DNA from: Octopus bimaculoides
Taxonomy: Eukaryota
Length of the DNA stretch: 64,000 nucleotides
Assembly (NCBI RefSeq): GCF_001194135.2
Contig: NC_068988.1
Coordinates: 48,058,584 to 48,122,583 of the forward strand
Direction of reading: 5' to 3'
The notes below the pieces were generated by a model, which searched no databases, was not told the DNA's origin, and worked only from the letters and a program-made list of their open reading frames with translations. A program made the translations under genes and the position numbers. The first letter of the stretch is position 1; every line of letters begins with the position of its first letter. Below, piece by piece: positions 1 through 11,964 of this stretch.

Positions 1-233
1 AGCTTATATAATTCTCTGCTATCATTATATATCCTCAATCCTTTTATAATAGGGTGCTCCACAGTTCAGTTATTGAAGAAGTTGATGTTACCATCTAATT
101 TCCTGTGATTCATAAAATAAAGTATCAATTAAACATTGGGCCTGATATAAGTCAATATATCACTTTTCCATCCACCAAATTTGAATTAAGTTAGAAATCA
201 AAATGTATGTATTCAGTTATTTTTTTCTTGCCT

Positions 234-669
234 TTAACCCTCCAACACAGAGTATAGGCCACTTATAACTGAATTCCATGTTGCATAATTTTTCGCTTCT
301 GTACTTATACTCTGCTATGAATGTCCCCCTTTCTCTAGTTCCTTTTGTGTTGATCTACACCATGAGTTCTTAGGCCTACCCCTCTTTAATATATCCATCT
401 GGATTCCACTGTAAAACACTTTTCGCTACATTTGGTGTGTCTTTTCTAATTGTGCTACCAATCCACTTCCACTTTTTCTTAAATATTTGCTCCCTAATCG
501 AAACTTGATTTGTTCTTTGCTATAGATCCATATTGCTTATGTGTTCAGGCCATCTAATTTTAAGTATATTATGCAAGCATCTGTTGATGAATGATTGTAT
601 TTGCTTATTTGACTTAACTGTTGTTCGCCATGTCTCAGCCCCATACAATAACACCACTTTTACGTTATT
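234..669 (-). mobile_element. RTE-clade LINE, 5'-truncated 3' end of ORF2 (decayed)
   Basis: Manual translation: NNVKVVLLYGAETWRTT...FINRCLHNILKIRWPEHISNMDL*QRTNQ...KWKWIGSTIRK...LQWNPDG-(fs)-RGRPKNSW...ATWNSVISGLYS*. This is the classic RTE C-terminus (LLYG.ETW, W.GH, RGRP..W). Confidence 0.85.
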
Positions 670-934
670 CAGTATTATGTATTCAGTATTATGGGGTTAA
701 AGTAATGGAATACAGACTAGAGAAGCATAAGTCTGAATCATACAACACCACTGTTTGTTTTCCTTTCAAGTAAAGTACATCACAATGATGGCTCCAGAAT
801 GCTACCCTGTCTAAGTTATGGCAGCTTTGGGGGAGAAAAAACAAAGTAAAAAATAAACCATTCCATTGAATGCATTCCTTTAGAACAGTACTGAGTATAT
901 CCCTTGGTTTCTGACAACAATTATCTTCCGTTTT

Positions 935-1150
935 CATTTATCATCTATTACTTGTTTCAGTCATTGGACTGCAGCCTTACTGGGGTACAACTTTGAAGGG
1001 TTTACAACCCCAGTATTTATTTTTTAAAACCTGATATTTATTCTGTTAGTTGCCTTTGCTGTATTGCTAGGTTATGGAGAAGTTAACAAACTAACACAAT
1101 TTGTCAAGCAGTGAGGTGACATAAAAAGAAAACTATACACACATATACAT
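935..1150 (-). mobile_element. SINE family A, decayed 3' half
   Basis: ttacttgtttcagtcattggactgcagcc... matches the tail of the full copies at 25979 and 45969. Confidence 0.55.
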
Positions 1151-1291
1151 ACAGCCATCTGAGTACACACACACATGCACATATTCATATACATACATAC
1201 AATTATGTTTGAAAGCAATCAACAAATGATTTCATTTATATATATATATATATATAGACTTAGAAATATTAATAACTCTATTTCTGAAAAC

Positions 1292-1477
1292 CAGTGGATA
1301 GATTCCACTGAAATTAGATAAATAACCTTCGATCAGATAGTCAGCAGCGCCGCCTGGCTACGGCTTGGCTGCTCTGCATTGACAAGGGGCAACACCCTGA
1401 AACTAGTCTGCAGATGCCAAACCAGCAGGGGGACACTGCTGACCTCCCCTGTTCGAAGGTTATAAAGGACACAGGTT
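1292..1477 (+). mobile_element. Solo PLE terminal repeat or retrozyme-like unit carrying the hammerhead; right end lost in gap
   Basis: GC-rich island. Pairings: 1322-1336 with 1449-1463 (14/15) and 1340-1347 with 1436-1443 (8/8). Small hairpin at 1292-1310. Element class is inferred from the ribozyme type. Confidence 0.45.
1373..1414 (+). ncRNA. Type I hammerhead ribozyme, U3-A8 core variant
   Basis: TCTGCA|TTGACAA|GGGG-CAACA-CCCT|GAAA|C-TA-G|TC|TGCAGA. Stem I is 6 bp and extends via TTGGC/GCCAA. Stem II is 4 bp with one G-U pair. Stem III is the palindrome ACTAGT. The GUC cleavage triplet ends at C1408. Confidence 0.7.
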
Positions 1478-2249
1478 NNNNNNNNNNNNNNNNNNNNNNN
1501 NNNNNNNNNNNNNNNNNNNNNNNNNNNNNNNNNNNNNNNNNNNNNNNNNNNNNNNNNNNNNNNNNNNNNNNNNNNNNNNNNNNNNNNNNNNNNNNNNNNN
1601 NNNNNNNNNNNNNNNNNNNNNNNNNNNNNNNNNNNNNNNNNNNNNNNNNNNNNNNNNNNNNNNNNNNNNNNNNNNNNNNNNNNNNNNNNNNNNNNNNNNN
1701 NNNNNNNNNNNNNNNNNNNNNNNNNNNNNNNNNNNNNNNNNNNNNNTATATATATATATTTATGTATGTATGTATGTATGTATGTATGTATGTATGTATG
1801 TATGTATGTTTTGCAAGAGCAGGGATTCAAAATATCTAACTGTTTACATAAAGCTCCTCACCAAGAGCATGGCTGTTAAGAAAAACTGAATATATTTCTT
1901 GTCTGAGATATATAATGAGATTGCTTGCTATCTGCTGTAGAGTTAATGTTTTAACCTACCATGAAGTGTTCTGAAGAGTAGTCTGTTAGTTATATTATGT
2001 CACACTTACCACGTTGAGTCAAAAGTTTTTTCAGATATTCACTAATCATTTCTGGCAACTTGTATCCTCAGGTTATATCATTAATTTGATACAACTTTTT
2101 GTCCAATCGTTACTGAATTGTTTATTTTTCATTTCCATGCATGACATATAAACTATAATCATTTATTCTTGATTTCACAACTTTGGTAATGAGTAGTGCA
2201 AAAATTTGCTATTAGAGCTACATTAAGTTATCTGTGGAAAAAAGGACAG

Positions 2250-2550
2250 AGGGAAAGAGCAGAGGCAAAGGAAATTAATGCGGCAAAAGCTCCAGGAACT
2301 GTAATGAAATTGTGACACACGACAAGTTCAGACATTTCAAGAAAGGTGACACCAGCCTCTGAGTGAAATCAGTGAAATCTGTGTTGTAGAAGATGAAGCT
2401 CTGCTTGAAATGGTTGAAAAGCCAAGCACTCATACATTGTCAGCAGAATTTAGTCCTTCACAGACACCATCAATCATAAGCTCAGTCTTGTGAACAGAAG
2501 CCATCAAAAAGCTCGTCATGAACTGACCAATGACCAGCACATTGGACTAT
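2250..2550 (+). mobile_element. Mariner transposase N-terminal relic
   Basis: Fragments EAKEINAAK..GTV, FRHFKKGDTSL, EDEALLEMVEKPST..LSAE, ARHELTNDQ resemble the HTH region and VPHELT motif. Confidence 0.55.
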
Positions 2551-2616
2551 ACATTCAGCAGTATTTTTTCTAGAACCATGTTCTTTCTGAGTACATATCA
2601 AGTCAAATTTACTTAT

Positions 2617-2722
2617 TAGCCTTCTGGGTCAATAAAATAAAGTACCAGTCAGAGACTGGTACTTTATTTAATGTAATTGACTTGCTTCCTCCACTCAAAT
2701 TGCTGGCATTTTGTCAAAATCA
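2617..2722 (+). mobile_element. SINE family C fragment
   Basis: gggtcaataaaataaagtaccagt...atgtaattgactt...aaattgctggc matches the other family C copies. Confidence 0.5.
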
Positions 2723-3622
2723 GTAAGAATTATTAATATCATGTCTCCGATGCACTCTAATATAACAGAAATATATAAACATAAAGTTATGTTATGATTG
2801 TGAAATTGATCGAGATGATATTATGATGGTTATGATGATGATAATGATGGTGGCATGGTGGCAGTGGAAATGGTTATGATGAGAATGATGGTGATGATTA
2901 CGACGATGATGACAAGGAGAAGAAGTGATGAATGGAGAAGGAAATTGAGAAGTAGGGTGAGAAAACACACAGAGAGTTGACAATACAGATGTTTCCCTCA
3001 TTCTATTGTTATGGTACGTCTAATTAATAGCAAAATAGATGTGAGAAATATTAAAAAAAAACAAAAGAGAAATGAAATAAAGATATACTAAAAAAAAGAC
3101 AAGAAACATATAAACACACACACACACACACACACGTCTATGTATATNNNNNNNNNNNNNNNNNNNNNNNNNNNNNNNNNNNNNNNNNNNNNNNNNNNNN
3201 NNNNNNNNNNNNNNNNNNNNNNNNNNNNNNNNNNNNNNNNNNNNNNNNNNNNNNNNNNNNNNNNNNNNNNNNNNNNNNNNNNNNNNNNNNNNNNNNNNNN
3301 NNNNNNNNNNNNNNNNNNNNNNNNNNNNNNNNNNNNNNNNNNNNNNNNNNNNNNNNNNNNNNNNNNNNNNNNNNNNNNNNNNNNNNNNNNNNNNNNNNNN
3401 NNNNNNNNNNNNNNNNNNNNNNNNNNNNNNNNNNNNNNNNNNNNNNNNNNNNNNNNNNNNNNNNNNNNNNNNNNNNNNNNNNNNNNNNNNNNNNNNNNNN
3501 NNNNNNNNNNNNNNNNNNNNNNNNNNNNNNNNNNNNNNNNNNNNNNNNNNNNGTGTGTGTACGCGTGTGTAGGTGTGCATATATATATGTATATATATGC
3601 ATATATTTATATAATATATGTG

Positions 3623-3680
<58 letters not shown>

Positions 3681-3723
3681 CAAATATAAACATACATATA
3701 TACATGTGTGTGCGTGTGTGTGT

Positions 3724-3760
<37 letters not shown>

Positions 3761-4062
3761 TGTGCATATCTTTTGCTGAGAAGGAGAGGAGTTAATGACA
3801 TTCACAAGTGGTATGGGTTGATTTGCAGAAAAACAAACGATTAGTATATGTAAATGAGAGGAAATCCAATACATATATATATATACATACATATGCACAC
3901 ATACAAAATCACACACACACACACACACACACGTATATATATGTATATATATATAGTGTTATTTCTCTCTCATAAGTAAAATAGCTATAATATACTAATT
4001 AAGCAAACTGGTGTACCAGTTTATGCCTCCTGGATACTGTTATGCTGCTGTAGTTATTGCTT

Positions 4063-4100
<38 letters not shown>

Positions 4101-4395
4101 ATTGTTTTCTGCAAAACAATATTTGGAAGAAATAAAAAGTAAAAAGTGGTTCTTTGAGGGAGTTGATTGAATAAGAGAATAAGCGAATGACTGAATAATG
4201 GTAACGGGAATTGCTGGAAGGCAACCAAACACCACCAACAATATAAAGTGATTAATGTATATGCATATGTAGATGTGGGTTAGTGTACGTGCATACATGT
4301 ATATGTATATATATTTGTGTGTATGTGTGTGTGTGTGTGTAGATGTGGTATGTATATATATATATATAGATGGATAGATATACATATATAAATAT

Positions 4396-4434
<39 letters not shown>

Positions 4435-4465
4435 NNNNNNNNNNNNNNNNNNNNNNNNNNNNNNN

Positions 4466-4509
<44 letters not shown>

Positions 4510-4519
4510 GCATGTGTGT

Positions 4520-4770
4520 GGGAGAAAGTAAGAGGGGTGAATATTTATGCTTGCCTTTCCCTGTCTTGATATTGCACGGTTGTTGTAAATGATTGTCATT
4601 CGTTTCCAGTGTTCTCCAAAACATGCCTGACCATGGGGCAACATTACATTGCTTGGAAAAAGGTGAGGGTTGGTAAAAGGAAAGGTCTCCAGCCATTGTA
4701 AACCTACCTTACTAAACACTGACCAACCCATGTAAAGCATGGGAAAGTGAACATTAAAACAATGCTGTGA
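4520..4770 (+). mobile_element. SINE family B (RTE-type tail), head lost in gap
   Basis: ggtgagggttggtaaaaggaaaggtctccagcc...aacccatgtaaagcatgggaaagtgaacattaaa resembles the 3' tail at 14930-15090. Confidence 0.55.
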
Positions 4771-4796
4771 ATCATCAGATATGTTTAATTTTTGGA

Positions 4797-4798
<2 letters not shown>

Positions 4799-4828
<30 letters not shown>

Positions 4829-5146
4829 GAGAGAGAGAGCAGTGCATGCCATCAAAGTGACACTGGGGTAAAATATACAAAGCCCATTATACCCATTATG
4901 ACTACCCGTCTGATAAGGGTACACCAGGCACATCTCCTTTAGCTCCTCCTCAGTCCACTTCAAGATTCCAGTGCCATACCAAATTACTGTGACTGCACAC
5001 AAGTTTATTGCCAAAATTATGTTTCTGGCATTCAGTTTTGAAGCCAGTATTTTCTCACTCACTGCAGGTACTCTCTTTTTGTCTTTTCCTTCCGGCCATG
5101 GTGTTTGATTCCATCTGCCTCAAGTATTGCCAGGTATTTATTTATA
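4799..5146 (-). mobile_element. R4/Dong-clade LINE fragment joined to a short putative 3' end and (TAA)n
   Basis: KYLAILEADGIKH...KREYLQ*VRKILASKLNARNIILAINLCAVTVIWYGTGILKWTEEEL (5140-4935) is homologous to the RT segment at 63400-63600. (ATT)n lies at 4799-4828. Confidence 0.65.
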
Positions 5147-6174
5147 GCTGGATTGAGATTGAATTGCCTCCATCTCCCCCAAAATTTTGGGCCTTGTGCC
5201 TATAGTAGAAAAGATTATTATTATCATGGCTGGATTCCAGGATGCCAAACTGGGCCACAACAAAGTCTACTAGCCACACTTCTCAGTCCACCATCACTAC
5301 CTCAAGGTCCTGTATACGTTCCTGGCCAGTGTCTGTGATCTGGTGTGGAAAGGAAACTTACATCAACCGTGTCCTAGGTGGTGGATAGGGGAAAGGCTTT
5401 CAGATATGAAGGTTAACTGTGAATATAAAAAGAAACAGTCCTTGATCAAACATACCTAGAAGAGTAAACCTCAATGATAAAAATCCCAACCTTGAATTGC
5501 AGTGAATGCAAGATTCCACAAACTCATTCTTTGGATCTGCCAGTTTCTGCTTCACCCAAAAGAGATCCTGTTACTACGAATGAGGAAATGCAATCTACAG
5601 GAGGAATATATGATCCTTGTCAGAATTATTGAAAGGCCAAAATTTTAAATCAGGCAGTTTGTTGTGTCCTTGAGCAAGGTATATCATTTCATGCAGCTGT
5701 AGTCTATTCAGGTGAAAATGAGTACCACCCAATGGCGATTATACAACTCGTTCCCTCTTCCTGTCACATCCTTGATGTCAAGTGTGGGAGAGTCAAGAGG
5801 TCTTCTCTGGTCATACTTGATTGCAAGTGACAGCTAAGCTTTGTGTGTGTATTGCTTTATGTGTTGTACAGATCTTGTCATAAAGTAGAGCTCACTGTTT
5901 GTATTGAGTGCTTCTTCTATTTGTTATTAGCATTGTATATAAAGATTCTCACACACCAACACATGCACACAGACACAGGCATGCAAGCACATATCTTTCT
6001 GTTTATATAGCTATCACCAACTATCACTCTCTCTCTCTGTCTCTCCCTGTGTTTCTCTCTTCTCTCTCTCTCTATATATAATATATATACGTATGTATAT
6101 ATGTATGTTTGTATGTATGTATGTATGTGTGTATGTATGTATGTATGTATGTGTGTATGTATGTATGTATGTAT

Positions 6175-6225
<51 letters not shown>

Positions 6226-6299
6226 CTATCAATATATAAAAAAATCCACACACAAACACACACACTTATACATTTATGCATATATANNNNNNNNNNNNN

Positions 6300-6352
<53 letters not shown>

Positions 6353-6479
6353 TATGTATATATATATAATATATATGTATGTATGTATAATATGTGTATG
6401 TGCACACATACAGGCACAGAAACGTATATAAATTTAATGAAATTCAAAACATTTTGTTGGCAATAATGGATGGGTATGT

Positions 6480-6900
6480 AACAACAGTCGATAGTATAAT
6501 GTTATTGTTAGTCAAGCATTTAATTCCATAGATTTTATACATCGCTTGATGAAACTAATCATGACAGCTTCTAACATATTTCACACTTGAACAGATTTTT
6601 GAGAAATTAGGGTCATTAATTGGTCCAAATTTCCTTGTTGATCTGAATAAACTTTGGTTTCCATGTCACCCTATTGAAGGACATCATTGTGACTAAAATA
6701 TAGGGAAGAGAATAATAGAGGAGTTGGATCTCTTTTACTCGATTATCTCAATGCGTGTTCTATTTTCAAAACAAATCCAAATCTGATTAATTTTGGCAGT
6801 GCTCTCTCTCCTATTTATTTCAAATCCACACTGTTGAGAGGTTTATATTGGACTAAAGCTTCTATGTAGATATTGGACTGTTTGAGTCAAAATAGTGCAT
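6480..6900 (-). mobile_element. RTE-like RT relic (highly decayed)
   Basis: QQCGFEINRRESTAKINQIW (QCGFR..RST motif) and SFNRVTW (AFDRV.W motif). Confidence 0.4.
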
Positions 6901-7049
6901 TGACAGCATATTCTTGAATGAGCCAGTGTGAAAGTTTTAATAAGGTCATTTGATCTGCTAAATGTAATAGCCATTTCTTTCCTCAAATTACTCTCTAACA
7001 ACTTAAATAAAGAAATATACCATACATATTGTATTAATCCACTTTCTTT

Positions 7050-7190
7050 TCATCCTCCTCATCATAACCATTCTTTTTATATCTACTTTTCCATGTTTGC
7101 ATGAGTCAGACATGAGTATGTTGGGACAGGGTTTTCTATGGCAGGATATCCTTCCTATCACCAGCCTCACTTAAATCCAAGAGAAATTTT
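7050..7190 (-). mobile_element. SINE B / RTE tail fragment
   Basis: catcatc...ttttccatgtttgcatgagtcag...gatatccttcctatcaccagcctcac. Confidence 0.45.
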
Positions 7191-7254
7191 CGATATGTTG
7201 ATATACAAACATAAGTTATGATGAATGAGGTTGAAGACCCTTTAATATTCTTTT

Positions 7255-7621
7255 TTTCTTTACTTGTTTCAGTCATTTGGCTGTGACAATGTTGGACAAA
7301 TCAACCCCAGGACTTATTCTTTGTAAGCCTAGTACTTATTCTATCGGTCTCTTTTGCCGAACCGCTAAGTTATGGGGACGTAAACACACCAGCATCGGTT
7401 GTCAAGCGATGGTGGGAGTGGGGGGACAAACACAGACACACAATCATATACACACACACATATACATGCATACATATATATATATATATATATGTATACG
7501 ATGGGCTTCTTTCAGTTTCCGTCTACCAAATCCACTCACAAGGCTTTGGTCGGCCTGAGGCTATAGTAGAAGACACTTGCCCAAGGTGCCACGCAGTGGG
7601 ACTAAACCCAGAACCATGTGC
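7255..7621 (-). mobile_element. SINE family A, near full length
   Basis: Collinear with 25979-26387 and 45969-46370, with internal (CA)/(TA) microsatellite; lacks the extreme 5' head. Confidence 0.85.
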
Positions 7622-7890
7622 TTGAAGAAAACAAAGTGTAACATCCATTTCTAGATGTCTCTTGTGGCTGGTATTGGCAAAACAATTATACTGTAATTTT
7701 CAAGTATGGGTAAGATTATTTTCTATAGGAAGCAGAAGAAATGGAGGATTTGGAATTGGTTGTTCATCTGAGTGAGGGCAACATTCTTTTTTCTCTTTCA
7801 GATGAATAGTCAGTCTTGAAAAAGTCCAGTGTCTTTTCCCCACTGTGTACATAGTAATCTAAATTCATGAACTTCATTGGATAATCGGTT

Positions 7891-8056
7891 GAGATGCACT
7901 GTGGCTGAATGGTTAAGAAGTTGTTTCTAACCATGAAGTTCAAAGTTCTATTCTACTGTGTGGTATATGGCACAAGTGTCTTTTACTATAACCTTAGGTT
8001 GACCCTTCTTTTGTGTGTGTGAAGTTGTGTAGACAGAAAACACATGGAAACCTGTC
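7891..8056 (+). mobile_element. SINE family A head, decayed
   Basis: gtggctgaatggttaagaag A-box, then cacaagtgtcttttactata core. Confidence 0.5.
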
Positions 8057-8539
8057 ACCTAGATTGTAGCGGTAATTCAAACGCTGAGCTTGAACATCAC
8101 AGTAATGTATTGGTTCTGCATGAGAAATATATTTTGGAGTACACAAAGCTGAGGAATACTCAGCCATTTATATGCTAATTTAATATGCATAGTTGTTCAG
8201 TTAACTGAACAACCGAACACTCATTGTTGGAAATTTCAACTAAGATCCATTTCACTACATAATCAATACCTAGAATTGATTTGTTATCTATGGGACATTG
8301 ACGTGATGGTATTTGATGCCTATTATCATTGTTATGGCTACAGTCATATCTGACTGGTGAGATATTTGCTAAGTACAGACATTGTAATGGATCCTCTGTC
8401 AGTTTCAACAGAGAGTATTCAGTTGTTTAATCACCTGTACTCCCTACTCATTAAATTAATGTGTAAGAAGTTGAGTATTTTACATATACGAACCCCTTAA
8501 CATAATTCCCGGCAGAGCTAGTGTAAAACATGTAAAACA

Positions 8540-9010
8540 ATGTGACAAGATTGTTCTTTAATATCAGGAAACTACTGAAATTCTATAAAGGCTCAAGAGA
8601 GTTTCACAACAGTGTACTGCTTCTGTATCTTGGTCAGTGCTTCTCTTACATATGCAGACACCCTAGATTGCATCCAGAGAAGATCCACTCAACTTATTGC
8701 TATTCAACTAATGGAAAAATACAGCTTCTGGCCCACATACATGCTGTCTCCTCACTCTTTTCTACCTCTAGCATAATGATCTCTGTTCTTCAGAGCTGGT
8801 TGGTCTTGAACTTCCACCATTCAAGCATGCCATCACACTTGTTACTCCACCTCTTGTCACCTTTATTATGTCCAATGACTCTGGGTTCCATACTAACCAT
8901 TATGTCAAAGTTCTTCATCTCCAGAATATTGATGCCTGAGAAATTTCTCCTTGCACATGTTTTACCTTAGGTGTTGACAGGCAATGATTTAAACAGAACA
9001 TTAACAACCT
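8540..9010 (+). mobile_element. CR1/Jockey-group LINE C-terminal relic
   Basis: LDCIQRRSTQLI, then HYV-KFFISRI...LAHVLP and FKQNINNL. These resemble LD.IQRRA.R.I and Y..SFFPRT..LWN.LP..VFP..FK. Confidence 0.45.
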
Positions 9011-9470
9011 CAAATCACAAAGATCCTGCAAAATTCATAAGCACTGCCTCTTCTTCCAGACTCAGCAACAGAAAGAAAACAATCCATCTGCCAGCCCTCC
9101 TCATATATTCAATGTATCCAATTTCATTCACAATAAAAGGGCTTCTAATTCACCAAATCACGGAAAACATAATTGATTATCTTTATAATAAAAACTTTAA
9201 TTTCTTTTTGCTTTCATGATTTTGCTACTGTGCTGTAAATATTCTATGGGAATAACATTAATTTAAGTTCTGCCATAATACAAGCTGAAACAAGCTATCT
9301 AATACACCTTTTATGGCTTGAAAACCTCAGGTCATATCTGTCTCTAAGCTTTTATCAGTATCTAACATTACATATCCACAGGAACATTTCATTTTCATTT
9401 CTCCAAAATCATCTGTATTTACTGCCATTTAACCTCATTCCACTCTTTATTATCATCCTTGCAATGACAA

Positions 9471-9775
9471 TCAAACATTCCTGACAAAATCTCTCCACAA
9501 TTCACAATTTCCCATCGCTCATGGTAACTGTTCCTTACTGAGGTTTGTATTGTCTGAGATTTGATCAACGAATGCTCAAGCAGCAGGTCTTCCTCTACTG
9601 CATCTCCTATGAGTTGGGTCCCACAATACTAGCTTTTGTATAAATTCCTGCTTACTTCTTCAGGAATGTCCTTCGTATTGTAACCATCTTTGAGCAACTG
9701 TGGTTGCTATCTTGGACAAGTTTCAGTATAAGCTCTCATTTGTAATACATTGATGGCAATAAGTAAACAAGTGTT
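9471..9775 (-). mobile_element. RTE/RTE-X LINE C-terminal fragment
   Basis: ITNESLY*NLSKIATTVAQRWLQYEGHS*RSKQEFIQKLVLWDPTHRRCSRGRPAA*AFVDQI...ELWRDFV. A possible upstream FADE (FADD-like) motif lies near 10440. Confidence 0.7.
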
Positions 9776-10140
9776 AAAATACATAACACTGGGAGAATAT
9801 TAATTTTCGCAGCAAATTTATGCACAGGGAGACAAAAGAAAAAAATCAAAAATAATATGTGCCAATGATGAATATTATTCAATGTTTTCCCTATAGGAGA
9901 TAGTTTTTGGATAAGATTTTGGCTAATTTCTATCTTATTAATAATGTATAATATTCCCTGCATTTGTTGATGATGTGCTAAATGAATTGTTAAGTGAAGG
10001 TTCATTACTGAAGAAAACTAGACGTGCTTAAAAATTAAATAATTCTTAAGCTAAACAATTGTTATGTGGATGGTAACATATTCGATGTAACAAGAATTAT
10101 AGAACAAACTAGAAATGTGTATTCTGTGTAAAATAACCAT

Positions 10141-10320
10141 TTCTAGTATAGGCAGAAAGCCTGAAATTTGGTGAGAGAGTGCGTAACTTACTTATCTCAT
10201 CAACCCTGAGAGAATGAAAGGCAAAGCTGACATTGGTGGAACCTAAACTCAGAATGTGAAAATGGACAATATACCCCAAAGCATTTCATCCGGTGTGCTA
10301 ATGATTCTGCCAGCTCACTG
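10141..10320 (-). mobile_element. SINE family C
   Basis: acttatctcatcaaccctgagagaatgaaaggcaaagctgac...aactcagaatgtg matches family C core. Confidence 0.6.
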
Positions 10321-10597
10321 CTTTGTATTCAATGAAAAAATTATAAAAAGAAAATATCATTCATTGATGAATGTTATTTCAATTTCTTTTACAAAATATA
10401 TAAAACAAGTTCTGATATGTTTCAGTATTATTCTGATCTCATCAGCAAAGTGCAGTCTTCAAGTATCTGCCTTGATTGTGATAAAGGATATTTGCAGTAA
10501 ATGTACTAGAGATTGCACATTTGTTGGAGAATGTAAAATTTTATGTCATTAAAGATGAAATAATTCAGAGATACTAACTATATGAACAATATTATTA

Positions 10598-10971
10598 TTT
10601 TATTCTTTTACTTGTTTCGGTCATTTGACTGTGGCCATGCTGAATCACTGCCTTGACGGGTTTAAGTCAAACAAATCAACTACAGAACTTCTTTCTTAAG
10701 CCTAGTTTGTATTTTATTGGTCTCTTTTGTTGAATAGCTAAGTTACAGGGATGTAAACACACCAACACTGGTTGTCAAGATGAAGGACAAGCACAGAGCT
10801 GAATGCACATACACATAAATACACATACACACATGTATATATACAATGGGCTTCTTACAATTTCCATCTACCAAATCCACTCACAAGGCTTTGGTTGTCC
10901 AAGATGCTATGTGGTGGAATTGAACCATGTGGTTGGGAAGCAAGTTTCTTACAACACAGACATGCCTGTGC
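10598..10971 (-). mobile_element. SINE family A
   Basis: Tail, core and head collinear with other A copies; small internal deletions. Confidence 0.75.
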
Positions 10972-11747
10972 TGATTAATTTAGTTTCAATTTCTTTAATA
11001 GAAAGGGAATAAAGAGCTAACTAGAAAGAATTTTGTCTCAAAAAAATAGCAAGTGACTGATTTCTAAACAATACTAATTTTCCGGACAAGAAATCCAATT
11101 TTAGTGATTCTATTATCACTACTTTAACAGTACAGAGGAACTTTGCTGTTGAAGTCAGAACAAGTGTGATATATGCCTGAAGTTAATTTCCATACTTATT
11201 GAAAAACTGAAAATAATGAACAATTTTTATGTTTGCTGTTTTTTCCTCTTAACATTTATTTCTAGTTAGTTTCTAATTGTCAATGCATTAAATATTTTTT
11301 ACCAGAATTAACCATTTAAATAATGATTACCAGAATCAACCATTTAAATAATGATTTTTCTTATCACTAAAGAATGTATTTTTAATGAGTTAAAAATGTC
11401 TTGGATCACTATGTCAAATATGTTACTGCCCACTTTACTATTGAACTTTTGTGCAGCAGATGCCCACTTGCATTTTTCACAAGTCACTGTTCTAAATTAT
11501 AAAACTACTCACTGCACTTTCATAACAACCCTATATTGTCATAAACTTCTCTTTAGTCATTTAAGATCTGCAGTAAATAATACACATGCTTCACTGAGGA
11601 GATTTAATAAAACTGAAACATGTCTGGAATTGACATTCAAATCCTTAATATCAGATTCACTCCACTTCATTACATAATTAGTTAATTAAATTTTGGAGCT
11701 GTCTTCTATGCATTTATTCATATTTTTACCAGGATCTTTTGTTTGTA

Positions 11748-11915
11748 GTTTATCTTTTACTTCTTTCAGTAATTAGGCTGTGGCCATGCTGGGGCACTAT
11801 TTTGAAGAATTTCAGTTGAAGGAATTGCCAACAGTACTTTTATTTTTATTTTTCAAGCCAAGTTTTCAAGTAGAGATGGGAGACAAACACAGATTCACAC
11901 ACACACACACACACA
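11748..11915 (-). mobile_element. SINE family A 3' fragment
   Basis: ttttacttctttcagtaattaggctgtggccatgctggggcac tail. Confidence 0.45.
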
Positions 11916-11964
11916 CATTATATATATATATATATATACTTTTTTCATGCCACCTTTGTATATA

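Noticed and set aside
1990-2070. Minus-strand GYKLPEMISEYLKKLLTQR followed by a gtaagt donor (actin-like look)
   Set aside because: In-frame stop immediately upstream, no plausible acceptor, and flanking actin motifs are absent.
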